A stretch of DNA of 64,000 bases, from positions 2,976,001 through 3,040,000 of the forward strand of contig OY820591.1 in the NCBI GenBank assembly GCA_963555985.3, in the 5' to 3' direction. Positions 9,139 to 17,723 of this stretch are shown one piece after another (position 1 is the stretch's first letter; every line of letters begins with the position of its first letter). The stretch comes from Dehalococcoidia bacterium (GTDB lineage Bacteria; Chloroflexota; Dehalococcoidia; Bin125). Both the position numbers and the translations under genes were made by a program. Under the pieces are notes generated by a model that was not told where the DNA came from, searched no databases, and saw only the letters and a program-made list of their open reading frames with translations.

Positions 9139-10242
9139 TCATTCCAGGCAATCGCTGACGACCTGATCGATCATCTCGCGGGTTACGTGGGGCATGGTGA
9201 TCAGGTGGGCGATGTCTTCGTAGGGCGCCAGTTGCCAGCGCAAGAGCACATCCGGCGAGGGGCGCGGGAAGACGACGGTGGCGCTGTTCTTCGCCCGCCA
9301 GGCGGGAATCCCGTGCGCGTTGAACTGTCCGACCGCATACTCGGCAGTATCGAGCATCCCCGCCACGAGTTGGCGAAACCCCTCCGGCCCGTGCTTGGTC
9401 AGCGCGTACCAGATGATCATCGGCGTGATCGCGTTGCGCGAGCCGAGCAGCGTCGTATCCAGCGCGCCGACATACTCAATCGCCCGTCCGATCTGCGCGG
9501 TGTACTCCTTCCGCGTCACGACCACGCCGCAGGGCAGCGGCGATCCGATCAGCTTGTGACCGGAGATCGCGATGCTGTCGATCCCGCTGTCGAAGCCGAA
9601 CGGCTGCGGATCCTCGACGAAGGGCAGGATCATCCCGCTCAGCGCGGCGTCGGCGTGGATGTACGAACGCGGCAGCGCCAATTCTTCGATGAGCTCGCGG
9701 ATCTGGTCCAGATTGTCCACGGCGCCCTTCATCGTGGTGCCGATGTTGGCCACGATCAGCGCCGGGACATCGCGGTTGATCCGGATCGATTCGCGCAGGT
9801 CGTCGTAGTCGAGCTCGCCGTTCTCCTGGCTGCGGATCATGATGTTGCGAATCTTGAGCACGTGCAGAATTTTGAGCACCGAGTAGTGCGTGTCCTGCGA
9901 GAAATAGGCGATCGGCTCACGCAACAGCTCGCGCCCCACGTAGATGCCGTACATGTTGCCTTCGGTACCGCCGGCAGTGACATAGCCCCAGGCCTCATCG
10001 ACCGGCAGACGCATCAGCTCCGCGATCTTGCGCACCACTTCGCGCTCGGTCTCGTGCGTGTTCGACTGATAGCGCGAGTAGCCGAAAGGATCGCCCACGT
10101 TGTTCGCCGCGAACCGCAGCAGCGGATAGAGCTCGGAATAGTCGAAGTCGAGATTGACCGGATAGCCGGCCGTGAACGGACCCAGCAGTTTGAACTCGGA
10201 GAGCACCTGCTGAATGCGATGGCCGATTTCAGACTGGCTCAC
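9139..10242 (-). CDS. hdc: PLP-dependent histidine decarboxylase-like (group II; serine decarboxylase not excluded)
   Basis: GYPVNLDFDY, NNVGDPF, GGTEGN, THYS, HADAAL, SGHK (PLP Lys); GTG start after GGAG. Confidence 0.8.
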   Translation of the reverse strand: MSQSEIGHRIQQVLSEFKLLGPFTAGYPVNLDFDYSELYPLLRFAANNVGDPFGYSRYQSNTHETEREVVRKIAELMRLPVDEAWGYVTAGGTEGNMYGIYVGRELLREPIAYFSQDTHYSVLKILHVLKIRNIMIRSQENGELDYDDLRESIRINRDVPALIVANIGTTMKGAVDNLDQIRELIEELALPRSYIHADAALSGMILPFVEDPQPFGFDSGIDSIAISGHKLIGSPLPCGVVVTRKEYTAQIGRAIEYVGALDTTLLGSRNAITPMIIWYALTKHGPEGFRQLVAGMLDTAEYAVGQFNAHGIPAWRAKNSATVVFPRPSPDVLLRWQLAPYEDIAHLITMPHVTREMIDQVVSDCLE

Positions 10243-10280
10243 ACGACGCTCCGCGCGATCTCTGCGCCGCCTAGCGTAGA

Positions 10281-10958
10281 TCACGACTCCGCGCTCGGAC
10301 AGCGATCCCGCAGCACGCACTCCCCGCACCGAGGCGACCGCGCCTGACACACCCGCCGCCCGTGACGAATGATTGAGACGTGAAACCCGTAGTAATGCTG
10401 CTCGGGCATCTGCGCCTCCAGCATGTCATGCGCCGCCACCGCGCTCGTCTTCGCGCCAATCAAGCCCAACCGCTGCGACACCCGATGCACGTGCGTATCC
10501 ACCGGCAGCGCCGGCCGCCCCAGCGAGAACAACAGCACGCACGCCGCCGTCTTGGGGCCGATCCCGGGAAGTTCGGTCAGCCACGCCTTCGCCTCTTCAA
10601 TTGGCATCGTCGCCAAGCGTGAGGCGTCCCATTCCGGCCCCAGCCGCTCCCGCAACTGCGCCAGCAGCGCCTGCATTCGCGGAGCCTTCGTCCGCGCCAG
10701 CCCGCCCGGACGAATCACCTCCTCCAACTCCTCAACGGGCGCTTCGAGCACCGCGTCCCAGTCGGGATAACGTTTGAGCAAGGCCTGAAACGCCCGCCCG
10801 GAGTTCGTATCCGACGTGTTCTGCGAAAGCAGCGTCAGCACCAACTCCGTCACCGGATCATGAGTCGCCCGCCAGGGCGTCAGCGGCGCTTCCCTGGTCA
10901 GGCGATTGATGATCGCCGAGGGTCGGAGTGGTCTTGGGGGCTTGCGAGTACGTGGCAT
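10281..10958 (-). CDS. nth: Endonuclease III-family HhH glycosylase
   Basis: LSQNT, LPGIGPKTA, PVDTHVHR, CX6CX2CX5C Fe-S motif. Confidence 0.88.
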   Translation of the reverse strand: MPRTRKPPRPLRPSAIINRLTREAPLTPWRATHDPVTELVLTLLSQNTSDTNSGRAFQALLKRYPDWDAVLEAPVEELEEVIRPGGLARTKAPRMQALLAQLRERLGPEWDASRLATMPIEEAKAWLTELPGIGPKTAACVLLFSLGRPALPVDTHVHRVSQRLGLIGAKTSAVAAHDMLEAQMPEQHYYGFHVSIIRHGRRVCQARSPRCGECVLRDRCPSAES

Positions 10959-10971
10959 CGCCCGTGTGAGG

Positions 10972-12270
10972 CTAGCGCTGCGCTTGTAGCGACTCGCCGG
11001 AACTGTGCGGCGCCCGCGGCGCGGGATAGTCGTCCGGATCGAAGGGGCGGTGGTAGAGGAATTGCATCAGTACGACACAGGCTTCGGTGTGCAGCAAGCG
11101 GGCGACATCCCATTGATCGGGAGCCGCCTCCCGGCGCAGGTCGTCGAGCCATGAGTAGCCGATGTCTTCCAGGTTGTCGAGCAGCGGCTGCTCACCTCTC
11201 GCTCGCATTGTCTTCAGCCGATAATCCACGCAGTCAACCAACGCTCTCCGGTTCGCCTCTTCGTTCGAGCTCAGGTAGACACTTCGCAGTACGATGAACC
11301 TCCAGAAATAGGCCCATGCGGCCGCTACATACGTGTCCTTCGGAGTCTCCGGCAACTTTCCCAAAGGGTTCGCCCCCATCACCATATCCCTCCATGTAAG
11401 CGTCATCTTCGACTGTTGCCGCAACTCAAGTGTGACGAGGCGATTGATCGTATCCCACACCGTCTTGCGAAACTTAGCGCTGTCTTGCGCCGCCTGCTTC
11501 TTGCGAAACTCATCGCCGTCTTGCGCCGCCTGCTTGTCCTCAGCACCCTTGCCCCCGGCACCCCGTGGCTTCAACCAATTCTTCCAAACCTGCTGCACCC
11601 GGTCCAAGTTGAAAAAAACCTTCGACAGATTCTTCACCGTCCCGTTCAGTTCCAGAAACTCCGCGAGCATATTCGCAAACGCCTTCGGCGGTTCCTGCGC
11701 AATCGCAACCGGCGGCCGCAACAGCGCTCGCGGCTTGCGGTACAGCAGCAGCATCACTACCCGCAACCCGACCTCCATCCGCAGCGAACGCTCGAACCCA
11801 AGCTCCAGCCGATCCCACTCATCCAGCCGATCGAACACCTCGTGCAGCATCTCACGGTACTCCGGCGGCAGCTCGGGGTGATTGAACCACGCCAACACAC
11901 CCCTAACCACACCCCGCTCAACCGCGTCAATGTCCGGAACGATGCTGAACGCTTCCTCAATCCCGGGCGCCATCCGGCTATCCGAACCTCGCCCACGCCC
12001 ACCCTCGTGGCGTTCCTCCCAAATCGCTTCCACCATCAACTTCACTCCCGGCCCGTCTAGGTCTGCGTAGGCGCCCATCTTGAGACTCAGCGCATCCACC
12101 ACCCAGGCGTCCAAATAGCTCAGCATCGCATCCGGGTCTTTCTCGGCGATCTCGTCTCCATGATCCTCAATCAACTCCCAATTCCGAGAACCCTTGATGA
12201 AGAAGAGCACGATCTGACGCGCAGTCAGGTCGAGCCAGTACTCAGCGTTGGGGTGAGCCGGACGTGTCAT
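10972..12270 (-). CDS. Hypothetical protein (orphan accessory gene)
   Basis: Long ORF with atypical codon use and a 12-aa internal duplication; start uncertain. Confidence 0.65.
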   Translation of the reverse strand: MTRPAHPNAEYWLDLTARQIVLFFIKGSRNWELIEDHGDEIAEKDPDAMLSYLDAWVVDALSLKMGAYADLDGPGVKLMVEAIWEERHEGGRGRGSDSRMAPGIEEAFSIVPDIDAVERGVVRGVLAWFNHPELPPEYREMLHEVFDRLDEWDRLELGFERSLRMEVGLRVVMLLLYRKPRALLRPPVAIAQEPPKAFANMLAEFLELNGTVKNLSKVFFNLDRVQQVWKNWLKPRGAGGKGAEDKQAAQDGDEFRKKQAAQDSAKFRKTVWDTINRLVTLELRQQSKMTLTWRDMVMGANPLGKLPETPKDTYVAAAWAYFWRFIVLRSVYLSSNEEANRRALVDCVDYRLKTMRARGEQPLLDNLEDIGYSWLDDLRREAAPDQWDVARLLHTEACVVLMQFLYHRPFDPDDYPAPRAPHSSGESLQAQR

Positions 12271-12316
12271 CGGTGTGTTCACGTTTGCGCTAGGGTAGCA
12301 GGCCACCAGATCCAAG

Positions 12317-12390
12317 CGCCGGCCAGCAGCGGCAGTTCCAACCAATCGCTCAACGCTCCTACATCACCCGAAAAACCCCCGCCGGAGGTA
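12317..12390 (-). pseudogene. Degenerate copy of the geranylgeranyl reductase 3' end
   Basis: Aligns to 13210-13289 (CATCACCCGAAAAA, TCCAAC, CCCGCC shared). Confidence 0.65.
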
Positions 12391-12402
12391 CGCGCACGCT
12401 CG

Positions 12403-13131
12403 TTAGCTTGGAGACTCTCGCTCTCGCAGGCGGCGCAGTTCGGCTTCCAGTTCCAGGCGAGCGGCGCGTTCCGCGAGCAGCGCCGCGCGTTCGACTTCAA
12501 GCTGCTCTTGGAGGCTGTCCAAGGTGGGGATGTGCTCGCCGGTGGCGGGGTCGTACCAGCCGAGTTGGGGATCATCGCGCTCCCAGCGCAGCCAGAGGTT
12601 CAGCACCTGGCTCTCGCCTTGCAAGACGCCCGGCTCGAGCTCGATGATCTCGATCGGCTCATAGCGCTCGCCGACCAGCCGGTCGCCCGCCAGACCGACG
12701 CCGTAGAACTCAGCCGTGAAGTCATAGCGCCAGTACTCGGGGATGCCGAGGGCGGCGTACTCTTCGCGTTTTGGCCCCAGGTCGACGCCGGCGGTGCTCC
12801 GGGAGGCGACTTCGAGGACGAAGTCGGGCGGCTTGCCCTGCTCGGAGATCACGTAGCCGCCCGTTTCGAAGAAGAGCTCAACATCGACGTCGAAGGCGAT
12901 CATGATGTCGGGCCGGCGCAACGGTGTAAATCCGGGGTAGGCGGCGATCCACTCTTCGGCGACGAACAGGGTCGTATCGGGGTCGCCGAGATGCTTCGCC
13001 ACAATGTGCGAGTTGTGCGGATTGTGGACGTATCGGTAGGAGGTCACTTCGTCCGGCTCACGCTCCGGCGGGTCCGGCAGACGAAAGCGGACCAAAGTCT
13101 GGGTGGTTGGGTTGACATCAGCGCTGGACAT
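12403..13131 (-). CDS. Uma2-family PD-(D/E)XK endonuclease
   Basis: PDIMIAF, PDFVLEVASRST, YAALGIPEYWRYD. Confidence 0.92.
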   Translation of the reverse strand: MSSADVNPTTQTLVRFRLPDPPEREPDEVTSYRYVHNPHNSHIVAKHLGDPDTTLFVAEEWIAAYPGFTPLRRPDIMIAFDVDVELFFETGGYVISEQGKPPDFVLEVASRSTAGVDLGPKREEYAALGIPEYWRYDFTAEFYGVGLAGDRLVGERYEPIEIIELEPGVLQGESQVLNLWLRWERDDPQLGWYDPATGEHIPTLDSLQEQLEVERAALLAERAARLELEAELRRLRERESPS

Positions 13132-13184
13132 GTCGCTCCGCTTGGCCTCCTCAGTCTAGGGCGTGGGCGTGGGTGAATGAGCGC

Positions 13185-14330
13185 TCAGGCGAGGGCGCGT
13201 TGAGCCAACCCGCCGCCAGGCAACCTACCCAACTCCAACGCATAGCTCGACTCCCCCCGCATCACCCGAAAAAACGCCCGCCAGAGATAGTTCACCCAAT
13301 CCGACACCCGCAGCGCCAGCCACGGCCAGGTCGTCACACACCAGTAGTAGAGCCGCGAAATCGTCCGCGCCGCGTCCAACTCCGGCTGAATCTCCCGATT
13401 CACCGCCGCCGTATACGCCCCGGCCGCATCCCCGTCCGCCAAGACCGCATCGCCCGCCAGCCGCGCCGAATGCACCGCATACGCAATCCCCTCCGCCGTG
13501 AACTCGTCCGCCAGACCGGCCGCATCCCCGACCAGCAGCGCGTTCCCTTGCGCCACTGGCTCAGCCACAGAGCGCCGATAACGGATCGGATGCCCCTGCA
13601 CCTGCTCGATCCGCGCCTCCTCCAGCCCCAGACGATGCAGATACTGCTCCGCCTGACGCCGAATCCGCCGCCCCCGCTTGGGCGCAGTCACGACACCCAC
13701 CGACAGCCTCCCCTGCTTCGGGAACACCCAGCCGTAGCCCCACGGGCGGTAGCCCACATCCACATTCGCCGCCCGCTCCCAATGCGCCAGCGCCGCCGCC
13801 GGCGCGCCGACCTCCAACTCATAGGCCGCGCTCCGCGTCGGCGCAGCCGCAATCCCCAACTGCCGCGAGACAACCCCCGTCGCCCCGTCCGCCGCGATCA
13901 GCCGCCGACCCCGCTCAGTCCCGCGAGCGCTCTCAACCTCGATCCAGTCATCAACTTCGACAACCGACTGCACCGGACAGTCCTCACGCAGGACAGCCCC
14001 GGCCGCAACCGCCGCCTCAGCCAGATGCTGATCGAATCGATCCCGCATCACCATCCACGCAAGCGGTTTCGGCGAGGTCTTGCGAAACTGCGGAGCGCCC
14101 AGATTCGAGACGTCAATCGTATCCACAAACCCCTCCGCAACCCCCTCAATCCCAACCTCAAGCAGCCCCAACGTCCGAACCGGCACCCCGCCCCCGCAAG
14201 CCTTATACCGAGGCAGCGAGTGCCGCTCCAGCATCAGCGTCCGAGCGCCGCCCAACGCCAACCGCCGAGCCGCCGTCGCCCCCGCCGGCCCCGCCCCAAC
14301 CACAATCACGTCCCAAGCCGCGCCACTCAT
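13185..14330 (-). CDS. Geranylgeranyl reductase family FAD oxidoreductase
   Basis: VGAGPAG, KACGGG, ADG, YGWVFPK, VGDAAG, EGIAYA. Confidence 0.9.
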   Translation of the reverse strand: MSGAAWDVIVVGAGPAGATAARRLALGGARTLMLERHSLPRYKACGGGVPVRTLGLLEVGIEGVAEGFVDTIDVSNLGAPQFRKTSPKPLAWMVMRDRFDQHLAEAAVAAGAVLREDCPVQSVVEVDDWIEVESARGTERGRRLIAADGATGVVSRQLGIAAAPTRSAAYELEVGAPAAALAHWERAANVDVGYRPWGYGWVFPKQGRLSVGVVTAPKRGRRIRRQAEQYLHRLGLEEARIEQVQGHPIRYRRSVAEPVAQGNALLVGDAAGLADEFTAEGIAYAVHSARLAGDAVLADGDAAGAYTAAVNREIQPELDAARTISRLYYWCVTTWPWLALRVSDWVNYLWRAFFRVMRGESSYALELGRLPGGGLAQRALA

Positions 14331-14376
14331 GCCGGCAGCCTACTCCCACCTCCCCCCCAAATCTCCCCCAAGAAAC

Positions 14377-14420
14377 CTCTCCCCCTTGAGGGGGAGATGC
14401 CCCGTAGGGGCAGAGGGGGT
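14377..14420 (-). repeat. REP family 2 double-hairpin element
   Basis: CTCTCCCCC..GGGGGAGA plus TGCCCC-GTA-GGGGCA-GAGGGGGT. Confidence 0.85.
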
Positions 14421-14457
14421 GAGAACGCCACAACCCAAAAGAACCCACATTCGCCTT

Positions 14458-15020
14458 CCGACAACCACAACACACCCAACCAGTTTGTAACCCGAACATC
14501 AGAACATATAAACTCACCTATCCAAAACACAGGTTCCCAAGAAAGGAACAACCCCATGCCCTTCCCCCACACCTACCAGTCCAGCATGACCGGCGTCGGC
14601 CAACTCGCCCACTCCGACGAAGCCGGACACGTCCGCATCAAAGCGCTCGCCCTCCTCATCCGCGAACTCTCCCCGTCCAACGCCAAGAGCCGCGAGATCC
14701 AGCACGCCCTCGACCTCGAACCCCACCCCGAACCCGCGCCCAAACCCAACCACTCCCCCCGCCTGCCCGAAACTCCGCTCACTCCTGAGCAGAAAAAGGA
14801 CTTCCACCTCCACCCGGACAGGGACGAGTTCTTCAAAGCCTACGAAAAGATCGACGCCATCATGCGCGGCGAAGACGTGCCCCCGATGGACGACGACGAC
14901 AGCCTCGAAGAAGAGGAAGAGCCGCAGTAATCCCCCGACCGCAAGCGGCAACCCCACCTCGTTTTTTTCTCACAGCCCCCGCGAGGCCGCGAACCGCGAC
15001 CGCCCAGTCCCTACCGTGCC
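14458..15020 (+). repeat. Dispersed ~560-bp promoter-ORF-tail element, copy 1
   Basis: Homologous to 37175-37714 (inverted). Confidence 0.9.
14556..14930 (+). CDS. Hypothetical protein of the duplicated element
   Basis: AAAGGA RBS; TTGTAA-18-TAAACT promoter; paralog at 37263-37619. Confidence 0.75.
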   Translation: MPFPHTYQSSMTGVGQLAHSDEAGHVRIKALALLIRELSPSNAKSREIQHALDLEPHPEPAPKPNHSPRLPETPLTPEQKKDFHLHPDRDEFFKAYEKIDAIMRGEDVPPMDDDDSLEEEEEPQ

Positions 15021-15089
15021 CCGCTCCACGCCTTCCGGCTATACTGCCTGCGCCCGCGAGCGGCTGCGGGTGACGTGCAGGAGCGAGTC

Positions 15090-16271
15090 ATGGACTATCA
15101 ATTCACCGAATCCGACGAAACCTTCCGCAGCGAAGTCGTCGACTTCATCGACAACAACTGGGTCCCGCCCGAGGGTACGAACGAACCGGGCGACGACTCC
15201 TTCTACGAGGCCGAGCGCGCCTTCGAGAAGCGCGCCGCCTCCAAGGGCTGGCTGACGATGGCCTGGCCGGAGGAGTACGGCGGTCGCGGCGCCAGCCACA
15301 TCCAGCAGATGATCTACCGCGAGGAAGCCGCCTATCGCGGCGCGCCCGGCTCCGGCGGGCAAGGCATCTCGATGGTCGGCCCCTGTCTGATGCTGCACGG
15401 CACCGAGGCCCAGCGCCAGGAGCATCTGCCCCGGATCGCCAACGCCGAGTCCTACTGGGCCCAGGGCTTCTCCGAGCCGGGCAACGGCTCCGACCTCGCC
15501 GGCCTCCAGACCCGCGCCGTCCGCGACGGCGACGACTTCGTGATCAACGGCCAGAAGATCTGGACCTCAGGCGCGCACTACGCCGACTGGATCCACGTGC
15601 TCACCCGCACCGATCCCGAAGCGCCCAAGCATCGCGGCATCTCCTACTTCCTGCTCGACATGAACACCCCGGGCATCGAGGTGCGGCCATTAATCAACAT
15701 GCTCGGCGAACACGGCTTCAACGAGGTCTACTTCACCGATGTGCGCGTGCCCGCCAGCAACATGCTGGGCGAGTACAACCGCGGCTGGTATGTCGCCGCC
15801 ACCCTGCTCGACTTCGAGCGCTCCGGCGTCCAGTGGTCGGCCACCTCACGCAAGAGCGTCGAGCTGATGACCGAGTACGCCGCCGACCGCCCAGGCCGGC
15901 GCGGCGGCGCCACGCTGATCGACGACCCGGGCGTCCGCAACGGGCTCGCCAACCTGGCGATCGAGTCCGAGATCTCGAAGCTGATCTCCTATCGCGTAGT
16001 CTGGATGCAGTCCCAAGAGCTGGTCCCCAACCACGAAGCATCGATGTCGAAGATGTTCGGCTCCGAACTGGGCCAGCGCGTCGCCCGCTTCGGCGTCAAC
16101 ATGATGGGTCTGCACTCCCAGCGAATCGACCCCGATGATCCCGACGCACCGCTGGCGGCGAGAATCGGCCGCGCCTACATGTCCACCGTGCCCAGCACCA
16201 TCGCCGCCGGAACCTCAGAAATCCAGCGCAACATCATCGCCACCCGAGGCCTCCAACTCCCGCGCCAGTAG
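15090..16271 (+). CDS. Acyl-CoA dehydrogenase
   Basis: QGFSEPGNGSDLA, NGQKIWTS, GTSEIQRNII. Confidence 0.95.
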   Translation: MDYQFTESDETFRSEVVDFIDNNWVPPEGTNEPGDDSFYEAERAFEKRAASKGWLTMAWPEEYGGRGASHIQQMIYREEAAYRGAPGSGGQGISMVGPCLMLHGTEAQRQEHLPRIANAESYWAQGFSEPGNGSDLAGLQTRAVRDGDDFVINGQKIWTSGAHYADWIHVLTRTDPEAPKHRGISYFLLDMNTPGIEVRPLINMLGEHGFNEVYFTDVRVPASNMLGEYNRGWYVAATLLDFERSGVQWSATSRKSVELMTEYAADRPGRRGGATLIDDPGVRNGLANLAIESEISKLISYRVVWMQSQELVPNHEASMSKMFGSELGQRVARFGVNMMGLHSQRIDPDDPDAPLAARIGRAYMSTVPSTIAAGTSEIQRNIIATRGLQLPRQ

Positions 16272-16350
16272 CGAAGCTCGTGAAATTGTGCCATTGGTCA
16301 GAGATCATGGCATGATGGAACAAACGGGCTGGAGAGACCGGAGCAGAGCA

Positions 16351-16524
16351 ATGAGCGAGGAAAAGTCGGCAACTAGATCGCCGAAACGAGTGATGAGTGA
16401 CGATCTGTTTGAACAGATCGAGAAGGCTAGGGTGATCCGCGAGGAAACCGCGAAATCACGTGCGGGACGGCGCCTGATCGTGCCGTTTCGCGACGCGCTT
16501 CCGACAAAGCGAGTAGATCGTTGA
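16351..16524 (+). CDS. Small hypothetical protein
   Basis: GGAG RBS; stop overlaps the TTG start of the next gene. Confidence 0.45.
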   Translation: MSEEKSATRSPKRVMSDDLFEQIEKARVIREETAKSRAGRRLIVPFRDALPTKRVDR

Positions 16525-17387
16525 GTGATCCGGAGGTGGATTCGACCGGATTCAATGGTCCGTCTCGAACACCGTTGTTCGAGGCGGCTCATTCCGACCG
16601 GTACGCCCGGCAGCGGCTGATTCGCGAATACCAGGCTCGGTTTGGTTGCCGACTAGTGGCGCTCATCGGCGAGTTCGAACCGTACAGTGTTTCTGTCTTC
16701 GAGGAGACTCTGTACGACGCCGAGCCGAGCCAGAAGCTACACGTTCTGCTGAGAACCACGGGAGACGATGGCGAAGTCGCCTTACGTTTAGCTCGGCAAG
16801 CGCATGCCCGAACAAGTGAACTAACAGTCATTGTTCCCGACATCGCTAAGAGTGCGGGGACTTTGTTCGTGCTTGGCGCACATCGCATCCTCTTGGGGCC
16901 GACGAGCGACCTGGGGCCAACGGATCCTCAGTTCAGAAGGGCAGATGGCAGGCCAATCGCCGCCAAGTCCATCATCGCAGCTGTGGATTACGCATTAGAA
17001 GCTGTTGCGGAGCATCCTCAATCTCTTCAGCTGCATGCGGCGCTACTTGCGGAGACGACAGCGCTTGATGTCCAGCAAGCTAGGGATGCCATGGAGTATG
17101 CGGATGATCTTCTGATTGAGGCACTTGCATGTCAGCCGGAGCGGTCACTGACTGACGTGAAGTCGCTTGGCGAGCAGTTGAAAGAGCCACTCATTGGTGA
17201 ACCAAACGACCATGGAGCAAGTGTTTCCGCAGATCAAGCGCTCAAACTTGGGCTTCCGGTCGTGAAGCTGGATCCCCTAAGTGATCAATGGCGCATGATC
17301 TGGCGACTATGGACCAGATACTTCATTTTGGGCAAAGTGAGCGCTTACGAAAGCGAGCGCGCTTCTCACATCTTCGACGAGAGCTAG
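16521..17387 (+). CDS. SDH-family ClpP-fold serine protease
   Basis: VPDIAKSAGT, LGPTDPQ, NDHG; more AT-rich than its neighbours. Confidence 0.8.
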   Translation: MSDPEVDSTGFNGPSRTPLFEAAHSDRYARQRLIREYQARFGCRLVALIGEFEPYSVSVFEETLYDAEPSQKLHVLLRTTGDDGEVALRLARQAHARTSELTVIVPDIAKSAGTLFVLGAHRILLGPTSDLGPTDPQFRRADGRPIAAKSIIAAVDYALEAVAEHPQSLQLHAALLAETTALDVQQARDAMEYADDLLIEALACQPERSLTDVKSLGEQLKEPLIGEPNDHGASVSADQALKLGLPVVKLDPLSDQWRMIWRLWTRYFILGKVSAYESERASHIFDES

Positions 17388-17463
17388 CTGTTACCCCAGG
17401 ACAGACATTGGCAGGAATGCCGCGCAGCGGCCTACTCTGATTTTGCTCCTCGCAACAATAACC

Positions 17464-17521
17464 CCTACGTGCTCCTGCACGTGACCCACAGCGACTCCAA
17501 TCAGCACATCAGCAGTGTCCC
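17464..17521 (-). pseudogene. Diverged copy of the DinB-like gene 3' end
   Basis: Encodes DVLIGVAVGHVQEHVG versus DVLIGVAVGHVREHVG at 18792-18850. Confidence 0.88.
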
Positions 17522-17646
17522 AACGCCCCTCGCCACGCGCGTCGGCTGCGCCTACATGTCTTCGGTACCCAGCACGATCGTGGAGGGCATGTCGGAAGTC
17601 CAGCGCAACATCATCGCGACTCGCGGACGCCAACTCCTGCGCCAGT
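17518..17646 (+). pseudogene. Diverged copy of the acyl-CoA dehydrogenase 3' end
   Basis: PLATRVGCAYMSSVPSTIVEGMSEVQRNIIATRGRQLLRQ versus 16139-16271. Confidence 0.9.
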
Positions 17647-17723
17647 TCGGACGCGACATCTACATGAAAACGCGGCACAATGGAGAGGACATCGAACCAG
17701 TAGCGAGAGGGCGGTGCTGCAAC

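Noticed and set aside
13173-14555. 585-aa + strand ORF
   Set aside because: N-terminal part is the antisense shadow of the GGR gene; the real ORF starts at 14556 with an RBS, as the paralog shows
14990-15020. Phage cos-like site (ACCGCGACCGCCCAGTC)
   Set aside because: Superficial resemblance only; no terminase or other phage genes in the window
17469-17723. ACAD-questin oxidase fusion protein
   Set aside because: The extension is the duplicated gene-end fragment that happens to be in frame; the family domain starts near 17724
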